DNA of 64,000 bases from the human T2T-CHM13v2.0 reference genome, Homo sapiens: NCBI RefSeq assembly GCF_009914755.1, contig NC_060930.1. One strand, written 5' to 3'. The notes beneath the pieces were generated by a model. It made no database searches and was not told where the DNA came from. It worked only from the letters and a program-made list of their open reading frames with translations. The translations under genes were made by a program, and so were the position numbers. Below are positions 13,071-25,749 of this stretch, piece by piece (within the stretch, counting starts at the first letter, position 1; each line of letters begins with the position of its first letter).

Positions 13071-13907
13071 CAGTGGTGTGCTGGTAAATTTTTAACTGGT
13101 TCTCTGGAAAAAAAACACATGTATGCCTACATATATGTCATTACGTAAGTTTATTATAAATTTTACTGATTTAAAGTGTGTGTACTATATGATTTATAAA
13201 TAATGAAAATGCAATATTTTCATTAGAAATTCCATAGCCAATTGATTCTCACAGAATGCTTTTATTAATTTTTGCTGAGCTCCTGTTCTGTGGCCAACCT
13301 GTGATTGCAATTCAACCATGATTTGACAAATGAAGTTGCATCCTAATCTTTACCCAATAAAATTATTTTCATTAAATCTGACAGAAAGCGTATTGTCAAA
13401 CTATTCTGTCTTCCATAAAAATTACTATTCATTAAATTGAAACATCTTTTCACTTCATCACTAGCCATTACTCACTTTTAGTGTAACTTGATTTATTAAC
13501 TCATTCTCCATATCACTTTCTTAAGCCTAAAAAATGAACAAAACAAACATCAAGCCCAGATTTGTAGCATAGCCAATTTTCATGGTGGAAATGCTCCCAC
13601 TATGACTGATTTAAAGCTGCCCTTGTTATGCTGTTAAACAGAATTGTGAAGAAATGTACACTACAGCCCCATTAGATAATATTCCCAGCATCCTGGTATG
13701 ATATAAATTCAAGATCATAGAAAAAAGTAAAATCATTAGGAAATGGTAATTTTTAATGGTTTACTACCTTTGATTTTAATATAATTTATAAAGTTAAAAT
13801 TTTATATAAGTTTTAATAATGACTGTGTTTAACAATTGGTTTGAAAAATCCTGCTTTTAAAAATGGGCTTTTGTGAGATTGTGTGAGCTAGCTCCAGCAC
13901 ACCACTG
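13071..13907. mobile_element. Non-autonomous hAT DNA transposon (MER63-like)
   Basis: Perfect 14-bp terminal inverted repeats CAGTGGTGTGCTGG / CCAGCACACCACTG. Confidence 0.8.
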
Positions 13908-14014
13908 TTCCCAGGTGCTCTGGATTTGACACCTGAAAAATTAAGGATGAGAGATGTACACCTTGGATTAGATTTAAAACAACATCAGAAAAGCAGTTAA
14001 TTTTTTAAAAATAT

Positions 14015-14485
14015 GTGTAGTAGTATTGGATTCAGGTCATTTATCAGTACCAACAACAACAAAAACTATTGGCTTAAACAGGATAGTCCCTCTCTCAGGT
14101 AAGAGAATCCAGAGGGAGGCTGTCCAGGCTGCTATAGTGTAATACCTACATGGTAACAAAGGCCTAGATTCCTTTCATCTTTATGTTTTACCACTTCATG
14201 GTCCAAGATGGCTGCCTGAGCTCCAGTTTGCATATCTACTTTGCAGTCAGCAGAAAGGAGAAAATAGGTGAAGAAAAGGCAATTCCCTTCATTTAAGACA
14301 CTTTTAGGAGTTAGCAGAAATACTTCCATTTAAATATCATTGGCCAAAGCAGAGTCACATGGCACTTCTAGATCATGGAATATTAGAGAATCCAGTTTAA
14401 CTAGATGGCAACGCCATCTATGTGTCAAGGTCCATACTTCTCAGGATAAACAAATGAATATTGGGAAGCTACTTGCAGTCTCTAT
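14015..14485 (-). mobile_element. MLT1J-like LTR
   Basis: GGCTTAAACAGGATAG, CCAAGATGGCTGCCTGAGCTCCAG and CATTGGCCAAAGCAGAGTCACATGG motifs. Confidence 0.65.
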
Positions 14486-14677
14486 GTCAAAGTCTTAGGT
14501 GCAAGTCATCATTTTTTTCATCTCAGTTCATCAATGGGAAAAAAAACCCAGAATTTATGTTAAAATAGCCAAAACTTTCAGAGAAAAACATTTTAGTAAC
14601 TAGTGTGTCCTGCTCTCATCCAGCCTGGTCTGCTATCATTCTACCTGGCATGGGCTGTGCCCCAAATAGACTGGAGA

Positions 14678-14778
14678 CATTTTCTCCTCATTATCACCTT
14701 GTTAAGCTGCGTGTCTCAACCCCCTGCCTCTGAGGCATGTTCTGGGATCTTAACGAGGTGATAATGAGGAGAAAAATG
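14678..14778. repeat. Palindromic hairpin element (possibly an ancient MER135-type repeat)
   Basis: 27-bp inverted arms at 14680-14706 and 14749-14775 with one mismatch; family name from memory only. Confidence 0.7.
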
Positions 14779-15445
14779 ATGTGGCAGTCCTTGGTCTGGT
14801 CTAGTCTTCATAGTTCAGAAGAGACCAGAGCTTTAATTAAGAATACTTGCTTTAATATAAAACTTTCAGATGTATATTTTGAGATCTCTGGATATAAGTA
14901 AACAAAGGGAAATGTGCGTTTCTATTAAAAGGTGTATTTGCGCGATGTCTTTTTCCTGTTACTCCGACAAAAAGAGGTACATTCTTTGAAAGAAATGAAG
15001 AATTACAAGAAAGTGTACAGAATCTGGTAGGTAAGGGTAAGGAAAATGGGAGGAGAAACAGACTTGAAGAAAAAGAAGTCCAGTTACACATCTTACACAT
15101 AGAACATTCAGTTTTTTCCTGCATTTTCATCTGACCATTTGGTGTTCTGTTGACACACTCTCAATAAAAAAGTGTTTGTTTTACATGTTTGGCCCAATAG
15201 TGTCACTTCAACTTATTTTATAAACCAGATAATTCATTAAAAATGTAAAGGGTTTACATATTATTTGAGGAGCATACTTCTCAGTGATTAATTTTCAGGA
15301 CTTGCTGTAGTTCTTTAAAATGTGACTTTGGATTATTAGCTAAATACGATGGATAAAAATCACTCCAAACATTTTTTATCACTAAAACGTATTGAGTTTG
15401 CCACAGATGGTTTTATAGCACTGCAAGTGCTATTATAGAGCATCC

Positions 15446-15623
15446 ATCTGCATCTCAACATTGCTGCACATTAGAATCAGCTTCAGAACTTTAAAAAACA
15501 ATACCAAGTCCTGGCCCTTTAAAAATAGGCCTTGATTTTATTGATTGGAAGTGGGGCCTGGACATCAGTATTTCTTAAGCTTCTTATGTGATTCTAATAC
15601 ACAAGTAAGGCTAAGAACAACTA
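15446..15623. mobile_element. MER5-like hAT MITE
   Basis: GCTGCACATTAGAATCA...GTGATTCTAAT...AAGAACAACT. Confidence 0.7.
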
Positions 15624-18600
15624 ATCTTTCTAGTCTCAGCCGCTCATCGTTCAGAGAGGAAAGTGAAATCCTGAGAAACGAAATGCTTTACCCAAGGTTA
15701 GCCATCTAATTAGTAGTCATCTGAGACTAGAATCCAGTCTCCTCATTTAAGTGTTCAGAAAAATACTTAGGGAATCAAAAGTAATTGGTAGTGTTCTTCT
15801 GTATCCAAATTTTATCATTTACTGTTTTTTCTTGTTATTTAATCTGCTAAAAGTCATGTTACAAGTAAGACAATGAATAGTACAAATACATGGTTATGTG
15901 GTTTAAAGTACCCAATATTCTGTTCTTTCTCCATCAATTTGGAATTCCTTTTAAGATATTCTGATTTTTCAAGAGAAGATCTGCCAAGTCTTGACTTTAG
16001 AAACCCTGTTATTTAATAAACCTCTTTGTAAATGATTCCAAAAACCCAAGAAAATAAGTGAAAAATAAATAATAAGTGAAATAATCATAATACCTGAAAA
16101 CAGTGAAATAAGTGGAAATATCAAAACAGTCTAAGTAGAAGGTAGGTATATCTTCCTTGAAACTTATAAAAATCTAGTTTGATTCATGTTACCATAGTTT
16201 CTTGTTTTTATTCTTATTTTCTGCTTGTACTTCTGAATTAAAAGTGACCCTGTTTAGTCAAGCAGCTTGTATAATGCCTAAAAATGATTTTAAAATCAAC
16301 CTACTTCAACAACATTAAAGATAGGTACTGACCACTTCTGCTTGATGGGGAAATATATCAATAAATCCCTGCATTGAAATGGTCTTTCTTTTCAAGAGGT
16401 CAAAACACTTTTCTAACATTTAGGTGTTCTCAGTTTATCTCAATGAGATAATTTTAAATGAAAGAAATGATTGCTGCCATGTTACCCACAGTGACACTGA
16501 ACACTGCTCTGCACGTAAAGCAAAGCACTGGATCACAGCCTGAGAGCGATCAGTGCTGTTTCCCAGTGGCTGTCTATCTTCATGACAAATTCTGACCACC
16601 CAACAGCCCATTTGGCTGTGGTGAACGCAGAGGGAAGAAGAGAAATGGCTGAAACCCACTATGCTGACACACAGTCATGCCACAGTCCATTTGTTCATTT
16701 GTGCTTACAGTCTGAAGCAAATGGAGTTTAAGGAACTTTCCCCAAGGCTGATTTTCCCTTAATGATAGATTTACTTCTTAACCTATTTGGCTAAATCACA
16801 CAACTGATTAAACTTTTATTGTGAAAAAGTCAAAACAACTTCACCTCGTGTTGTTATCTGATCAGTCCCTCAGTGACACACCTCAGTGTCACAAAATCAC
16901 TCTTCTTTGCACACTCTCATCAAGGAAAAAAAGTAATCCCAGGACAGTGTTCTTCTGTCTGAACCAAGCTATTTATCAACAGGAAACTGACCAGATTGTT
17001 AGTGCATGAAATGTTTTGCCAACATCTGATCTTAATTTATTTTATTAACTTAGTTCCTAGTTTTCTAAAATTTTGACTAAAACTTAAGAAAGAGGAGTTC
17101 TATGGCTTTGTTTTCAGTGGATGTGGAAGTAAGAGATCACTTCTAAGTAAGTATATTCAACTCTAGGTTGCCTTTATTCTCTGAGAAACATAAGAGTAAG
17201 GGTTATTTTAAGTAGCAAATTATCAAATAAAATTTTGTGTTTTCCCTAATAATCATATTTTTCTTGTGAAGGTGCTACATTACTTTTTATTCCCTGAGCT
17301 TTCAATAACCAACTGTGAAAAAAGGAGTATAAAAATCACATCCTGGGTGGCAAATGAGGGCTTAAAAATTCTTTCAAGGTAATACACATTGATGATCAGT
17401 GAACCTCCATGGAATGCTGATTTTTCTAATTATGGTTTATACTTTATAATCAGATTAGTTTTTATAATGAGCATAAAACAAATTTGACAGCCAAAATCAA
17501 TATGAAAGAACTTTCTATTTAGCTTGAGTATAGAGAAACAGTTGGCTCTTTCAGAAACACATTTCTATTAAAGAAAAATAAATTCACTATCATTTCACAT
17601 CAGACAGAAAAAGAAAATAAAAAGATTTAATTAAGGCAAATACCCAGGTATTTAGGTAGTCAATTACCCTAACAGGTGGAGTCCCCCAATGGATGCAAAC
17701 TAGAAGCCAGAACCTACACTAACAAATTAGAATATTGTACAAGTTTCTCAAATATATTTATTACATAACAGGTTATTTTGTTGTTTAAAAGATTGGGATT
17801 CAGGTGGCTGGCAAGATGGCTGAATAGGATGAGCTCTGGTCTGCAGCTCCCAGTGAGATCAACACAGAAGGCAGGTGATTTCTGCATCCAACTGAGGTAC
17901 CTGGCTCATTTCATTAGGACTGGTTAGACAGTGGGTACAGCCCACGGACGGCAAGCTGAAGCAGGGTGGGACATCGCCTCACCTGGGAAGCACAGGGGGT
18001 TGGGAAACTCCCTCCCCTAGCCAAGGGAAGCCATGAGGGACGGTGCCATGAGGGATTGTGCTGTGAGGGACAGTGCATTCTGGCCTAGATGCTATGCTTT
18101 TCACACAGTCTTCACAACCCACAGACCAGGAGATTCCCTCGGGTGCCTACACCACCAGAGCCCTGGGTTTCAAGCACAAAATTGGACAGCCATTTGGACA
18201 GACACCAAGCTAGCTTCAGGAGCTTTTTTTCATACTCCAGTGGCACCTGGAATGCCAGGGAGACAGAATCGTTCACTCACCTGGAAAGGGGGTTGAAGCC
18301 AGGGAGCCAAGTGGTCTGGCTCAGCAAATCCCATCCCCACAGAGCCCAGCAAGCTAAGATCCACCGGCTTGAAATTCTCGCAGCCAGCACAGCAGTCTGA
18401 AGTTGACCTGAGACATTTGAGCTTGGTGGGGGCAGGTGCATCCATCATTACCGAGGCTTGAGTAGGTGGTTTTCCTCTCACAGTGTAAACAAAGCCACCA
18501 GGAAGTTTGAACTGGGCACAGCCCACCCCAGTTTGGCAAAGCCACTATAGCCGGACTGGCTCTCTAGATTCTTCCTTTCTGGGCAGGGTATCTCCAAAAG

Positions 18601-19148
18601 AAAGGCAGCAGCCCCAGTCAGGGGCTTATAGATAAAACTCCTGGGACAGAGCAACTGGGGGAAGGGGCGGCTGTGGGTGCAGCTTCGGCAGACTTAAACA
18701 TTCCTGCCTGCCAGCTCTGAAGAGAGCAGCAGATCTCCCAGCACAGTGCTCGAGCTCTGCTAAGGGACAGACTGTCCTCTCAAGTGAGTCCCTGACCCCC
18801 GTGCCTCCTGACTGGGAGACACCTCCCAGCAGGGGTCGACAGACACCTCATACAGGAGAGCTCTGGCTGGCATTTGGCAGGTGCTCCTCCGGGACGAAGC
18901 TTCCAGAGGAAGGAACAAGCAGCAATCTTTGCTGTTGTGCAGCCTCAGCTGGTGATACCTGGGAAAACAGGGTCTGGAGTGGACCTCCAGCAAACTCCAG
19001 CAGACCTGCAGCAGAGGGGGCTGAGTGATAGAAGGAAAACAAACAAACAGAAAGGAGTAGAATCAACATCAACAAGAAGGATGTCCACACAAAAACCCCA
19101 TCTGAAGGTCACCAACATCAAAAACCAAAGGTAGATAAATCCCTGAAG

Positions 19149-20174
19149 ATGAGGAAAAACCAGTGCGAACAGGCTGAAAATTCCAAAAACCAGAATGCCT
19201 CTTCTCCTCCAAAGGATCATAACTCCTCGCCAGCAACGGAACAAAACTGGATGGAGAATGAGTTTGATGAACTGACAGAAGCAGGCTTCAGAAGGTGGGC
19301 AATAACAAAGTCCTCTGAGCTAAAGGAGCATGTTCTAACCCAATGCAAAGAAGCTAAGAACCTTGAAAAAGGGTTAGAGGAATTGCTAACTAGAATAAAC
19401 AGTTTAGAGAAGAACATAAATGACCTGATGGAGCTGAAAAGCACAGCACAAGAACTTCGTGAAGCATACACAAGTATCAATAGATGAATTGATCAAGCAG
19501 AAGAAAGGATATCAGAGATTGAAGATCAACTAAATGAAATAAAATGTGAAGACAAGATTAGAGAAGAAAGAATGAAAAGGAATGAGCAAAGCCTCCAAGA
19601 AACATGGAACTATGTAAAAAGACCAAACCCACATTTGATTGGTGTACCTGAAAGTGACAGGGAGAATGGAATCAAGCTGGAAAACACTCTTCAGGATATT
19701 ATCCAGGAGAAATTCCCCAACCTAGCAACACAGGCCAACATTCAAATTCAGGAAATACAGAGAATGCCACAAAGATACTCCTTGAGAAGAGCAACCCCAA
19801 GACACATAATCATCAGATTCACCAAGGTTGAAATGAAGGAAAAAATATTAAGCGCAGCCAGATAGAAAGGTTGGGTTACCCACAAAGGGAAACCCATCAG
19901 ACTAACAGTGGATCTCTCTGCAGAAACCTTACAAACCAGAAGAGAGTGGGGGCCAAAATTCAACATTCTTAAAGAAAAGAATTTTCAACCCAGAATTTCA
20001 TATCCAGCCAGACTAAGCTTCATAAGCGAAGGAGAAATAAAATCCTTTACAGACAAGCAAATGCTGAGATATTTTGTCACCACCAGGCCTGCCTTACAGG
20101 AGCTCCTGAAGGAAGCTCAAAACATGGAAAGGAACAACTGGTACCAGCCACTGCAAAAACATACCAAATTGTAA
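19149..20174 (+). pseudogene. L1 ORF1p pseudogene (341 codons, two nonsense codons, no frameshift)
   Basis: ORFs at 19149, 19572 and 19908 share one frame; stops only at 19485 and 19863; ends ...QKHTKL*. Confidence 0.95.
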
Positions 20175-20237
20175 AGAACATCAACACTATGAAGAAACTG
20201 CATAGACTAATGGGCAAAACAACCAGCTAGCATCAAA

Positions 20238-22870
20238 ATGACAGGATCAAATTCACATATAACAATATTAACTTTAAATGTAAACAGGCTAAATGCCCAA
20301 ATTAAAAGACACAGACTGGCAAATTGGATAAAGAGTCAAGACCCATCAGTGTGCTGTATTCAGGAGACCCATCTCATGTACAAAGACACAGATAGGCTCA
20401 AAATAAAGGGATGGAGGAAGATTTACCAAGCAAATGGAAAGCAAAAAAAGCAGGGGTTGCAATCCTAGTCTCTAATAAAACAGACTTTAAACCAAAAAAG
20501 ATCAAAAAAGACAAAGAAGGGCATTAAATAATTGTAAAGGGATCAATGCAACAAGAAGAGTTAACTATCCTAAATATATATGCACCCAATATAGAAGCAC
20601 CCAGATTCATAAAGCAAGTTCGTAGAGACCTACAAAGAGACTTAGACTCCCACACAATAACAGTGGGAAACTTTAACACCCCACTGTCAATATTAGACAG
20701 ATCAACGAGACAGAAAATTAACAAGGATATTCAGGACTTGAACTCAGCTCTAGATCAAACGAACCTAATAGACAGCTATAGAACTCTCCACCCCAAATCA
20801 GCAGAATATACATTCTTCTCAGCACCACGTTGCACTTATTCTAAAATTGACCACATTATTGGAAGTAAAACACTCCTTGGCAAATGCAAAAAATAAACTA
20901 GGTATTGATAAAACATATATCAAAATAATAAGAGCTATTTATGACAAACCCACAGCCAATATCATACTGAATGGGCAAAAGCTGGAAGCATTCTCTTTGA
21001 AAACTGGCACAAGACAAGGATGCCCTCTCTCACTACTCCTATTCAATATAGTATTGGAAGTTGTGGCCAGGGCAATCAGGCAAGAGAAAGAAATAAAGGA
21101 TATTCAAATAGGAAGAGAGGAAGTCAAATTGTCTCTGTTTGAAGATTACATTATTGTATATTTAGAAAACCCCATCGTGTCAGCCCCAAATCTCCTTAAG
21201 ATGATAAGCAACTTCAGCAAAGTCTTAGGATACAAACATCAATGTGCAAAATTCACAAGCATTCCTACACACCAATAATAGACAAACAGAGAGCCAAATC
21301 ATGAGTGAACTCCCATTCACAATTGCTACAAAGAGAATAAAATACCTAGGAATACAACTTATAAGGGATGTGAAGGTTCCTCTTCAAGGAGAAACTCAAA
21401 CCACCACTCAAGAAAATAAGAGAGGACACAAACAAATGGAAAAGCATTCCATGCTCATGGATAGGAAGAATCAGTGTCATGAAAATGTTCATACTGCCCA
21501 AAGTAACTTACAGATTCAATGCTATCCCCATCAAACTACCATTGACTTTCTTCACAAAACTAGAAAAAAACTAGTTTAAATTTCATATGGAAGCGAAAAA
21601 GAGCCCATATAGCCAAGACAATCCTAAGCAAAAAGAACAAAGCTGGAAAAATCACGCTACCTGACTTCAAACTATAGTACAAGGCTACAGTAACCAAAAC
21701 AGCATGGTACTGGTACCAAAACATATATATAGACCAGTGGAACAGAAAAGAGGCCTCAGAAATAATGTCACACATCTACAACCATCTGATCTTTGACAAA
21801 CCTGACAAAAAAAGCAATGGGGAAAGGATTCCATATTTAATCAATGGTGCTGGGAAAACTGGCTAGCCATATGCAGAAAACTGAAACTGGACCCCTTCCT
21901 TAAACCTTATACAAAAATTAACTCAAGATGGATTAAAGACTTAAACATAAGAACTAAAACCATAAAAACCCTAGAAGAAAACCTAGGCAATACCATTCAG
22001 GACAGGCATGGGTAAAGACTTCATGACTAAAACACCAAAAGCAATGGCAACAAAAGCCAAAATTGACAAATGGGATCTAATTAAACTAAAGAGCTCCTGC
22101 ACAGCAAAGGAAACTACCATCAGAGTGAACAGGCAACCTACAGAATGGGAGAAAATGTTTGCAATCTATCCATCTGACAAAGTGCTAATATCCAGAATCT
22201 ATAAGGAACTTAAATAAATTTACAAGAAAAAATCAAACAACCCCATCAAAAAGTAGGCAAAGGATATGAACAGACACTTCTCAAAAGAAGATGTTTATGC
22301 AGCCAACAAATATATGAAAAAAGCTCATCATCACTGGTCATTAGAGAAATGCAAAGCAAAACCATAATGAGATACCATCTCATGCCAGTTAGAATGATGA
22401 TCATTAAAAAGTCAGGAAACAACAGATGCTGGAGAGGATTTAGAGAAACAGGAACGCTTTTACACGGATGATGGGAATGTAAATTAGTTCAACCATTGTG
22501 GAGGACAGTGTGGCGATTCCTCAAGGTTCTAGAACCAGAAATAACTTTTGACCCAGCAATCCCATTACTGTGTGTATACCCAAAGGATTAGAAATTATTC
22601 TACTATAAAGACACATGCACACCTATGTTTATTGCAGCACTATTCACAATAACAAAGACTTGGAACCAACCCAAATACCCATCAATGATAGACTGGATAG
22701 AGAAAATGTAGCACATATACACCATGGAATACATGCAGCCATAAAAAGCAATGAGTACATGTCCTTTGCAGGGACATGGATGAAGCTGGAAACCATCATT
22801 CTCAACAAACTAACACAGGAACAGAAAACCAAACACTGCATATTCTCACTTATAAGTAGGAATTGAACAA
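20238..22870 (+). pseudogene. L1 ORF2p pseudogene (EN, deleted linker, RT, C-terminus), frameshifted
   Basis: MTGSNSHITILTLNVN start; GTRQGCPLS motif; RT FADD motif mutated to FEDY. Confidence 0.95.
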
Positions 22871-23179
22871 TGAGAACACATGGACACAGGGAGGGGAACA
22901 TCACACACTGGGGCCTGTTGCGGAGTGGGGGCCTAGGGGAGGGATAGCATTAGGAGAAATACCTAATGTAGATGAAGGGTTGATGGGTGCAGCAAACCAC
23001 CATGGCACATGTATACCTATGTAACAAACCTGCGCGTTCTGCACATGTATCCCAGACTTTAAAGTATAATAATAATAATAAAAGATTGGGATTGAAGAGG
23101 CACATCATTAGGTAATTGTGAAACATAATGTTACTCTCTTAACATCAGCTCAAGCACAAAAGAGGAGGTATAAATTGCA

Positions 23180-23340
23180 CTAGATATGGAGTGTCATACA
23201 TTTGATTTCTCATCCTAAATTGGTCACCAAAGAGATGTGTGGCCCTAGGCAAATTACTTTACCTCTCTTGGCCCCAGAATCCTCATCTATAAAATGCAAA
23301 AGTTGCACCAAATGACTTTTAAAGTCACTTCCAGTTCCAT
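23180..23340 (+). mobile_element. MIR3-like SINE
   Basis: GGCAAATTACTTTACCTCTCT...CCTCATCTATAAAATG...CTTCCAGTTC. Confidence 0.65.
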
Positions 23341-23559
23341 GGGTTTTATACTTAGGGGACAAAGCAGGGAATATAGACTCCCTAAAGCAAAATGTTCAGA
23401 GTTTTACAATAGAAACAACCCCAGAATCTCTTCTCTCTTTCCTCTAATTGTGCTCCTTCTTCCCCACACACTTTCCTGCACACCATCAGGAAATAAAGTG
23501 AGAAAAAAAGAAAGCCTCCTGTTGCATGCAAAAAACAGATCTGCCAGTGTTGAAGGGTT

Positions 23560-24060
23560 GGGTTAAGTGGAGCCTTTGCTGGTGATATCAGACTATATTT
23601 TAATTAGATGTCAAGTTCTAAGACCATGAAGCTGAAATGATAAAGAGCAGGCTATTAATGGTCCCAATTACAGAGCCCCAAGTATCTCTTAATTTATGTA
23701 CTGATAATCTCCTGGTAATTTTCTGGATGCTGCCGCAGCGTACACATTCCAGTTCCTCTCCTGCTTCATGTGGATTTGTTCTCCAAGTTCCTTTCTCCAT
23801 TATGCTCTGCCCAGCTCATTTAGAGCAACCACTTTGCCTCATAGCCAGACCGCCAGCCTCAGCTGGGGCGAGGGGAACCGGCGACAGCTCATCTGCAGCA
23901 GAGCCTTTGGTGGAAGTGTGGCCAATTAGTCACACGTTTGGTGTTCTAATTAGGCGAGTCTGGGACTTTGGAAAATGTGCTGTTGATTTAGGTACTTCCT
24001 CAAACAATGCTAAATTGTGTTATGTGAAATTCAATTAGTCTTTTTCTAAACGTTTCCACA
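23560..24060. promoter_or_regulatory. Candidate conserved developmental enhancer
   Basis: No recognisable repeat, locally retained CpGs, repeated (C/T)AATTA motifs, SOX and E-box sites; function inferred. Confidence 0.45.
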
Positions 24061-25749
24061 TCTGTTCTTCTTTAAGCATAAAGTGATGAGGAGAGAAAGA
24101 GAAGTGAAAAGCCAGAGTCTCCACTGGTGAAATATGTTAGGCCTTAGGGACCAGCCCTTTTCCCAGCTTTTGACCCTGAACAGTGATACACAGGAAGGAA
24201 CAAAGTTGGAGAGCTATCATGGTGAAGCCCTTTTAAATAAATCATTATAGAAGAAATACTGCAACTGCACGGGAATGTAATCTCGTATGATGGCCATAAA
24301 CTCAGCTTTGTTTGAAAATAGATGGCATGGAGGAGGAATCATTAAGAAGTGAATGATTATAAATTCTATCTTAAAGGTAATATTTGTGATTATTCTGGTT
24401 ATATTTTTTAAAAGAGTCTTTTCTAAACAAAAAATCCTTTGGTTTAGTATTTCATGTCCAGGTCTAGTCTAATGAGTTTTTGTCCCCTTCTATCTATTAA
24501 AATTTCCATATAAAATTGAGAACAGCATGAAATCCCACAACACTTAGTGACTAAAATAGAAGACAATGAAGATGAAGATGATGAGGAAGAAGTTTCCACT
24601 TTCTCTGAAGTGTTTCCTAGTTTCCATTTGTGCCACTCCTGGCAGCTGCACGATGGCATGTTGCTTTGATCCCTCCAGCTCTGTCCCAAGCTGCTCCTAC
24701 CCTGAGCCTCTCACTCTCCTATTTGCTAAAGATGCTGTGTCATTGCTTCTTAGCACCTCTTAATTCCAACACACTTAACTCCAAGTTCATCATGTGTTTT
24801 CATGTTGTATCACACTCGGTATATCCACTGATTTTGCCAAGAGGCCAAATGGCAATATCTTTTACCAAAGTGGCACGGCTCAAAACCGCAGGCGTCCAAA
24901 GGTGAAGGTGTACATGCATTTGATCCTTCTTTCTGTTATCACCTTTTCAGTGACTAACATTTCAAAACCTTATCTGTGGCTGGCAGGCCATGTTTCAGTT
25001 TTGTCAGAGCCCAGATATAGACTGTGTGGTTTTCTGATGATATATCTCTGTAAGATTTGTGGAATGCTAAAGATGGAGTTGTCAACACTACTTTATGGCA
25101 CCTCGGTGCATGTCAGAAAATGAAAATATTTTCAGAAGTGTTAGCATTATTTTGACTGATGATATACTCTTTTAAGACAAAGACTTATTTAAATAAAAAA
25201 ATTCAAGGGAAAAAAACAAACAAAGTAAGGCATTACCCATAAACAACTTGATTAATCTGGTGTCTGTAGCTCTCATGAAGAAGATAAAGGAAGATTAGAA
25301 AATTAAAATAGTGATATTTTAATGCCATTCTGGGTTTGCAGTTTTTATTAACTAAAAAGCACCCTGAATTTGACTACCCTATTGAAATCAGGTTACAATT
25401 CCGTGGAATAAAGTTTATAGCAATAAGCGTAAATAAATTACTCCTTTTTACTATGGAAGATAATTATTAAATTAACTAAGTTTTTGATAATATTGTCTAG
25501 AATTTGGTTTTACAGGAATATTGATTGGTAATTACAGTCTACTATCTCTCATTGTATTTTTCTTACATAAGGGATTATTTACCAGTATTGCAACCTGTAA
25601 AACCATTGTTGAATGGAAATTTTGCTTTAATCTCTCAACTTTTTACCTGCTTCATTTGTGACTTAGAGAAGTTGGATTAATTGTGAGATAACATTAACTC
25701 CACAGAGCAACATTAGCTGATTTTTAAAAAATCATTATTAATTTTTTTC

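Larger units (their letters stand above)
17801..23079 (+). mobile_element. 5'-intact L1PA (L1PA7/8-like) with an internal ORF2 deletion of about 1.1 kb
   Basis: 5' end with YY1 site CAAGATGGC, 5'UTR of about 1.35 kb, ORF1, ORF2 pieces and 3'UTR; TSD AAAAGATTGGGATT at 17787-17800 and 23080-23093 at a TT/AAAA site. Confidence 0.97.

Noticed and set aside
23637-24038. 133-aa ORF over the candidate enhancer
   Set aside because: No recognisable homology or exon boundaries; a non-coding explanation fits better.
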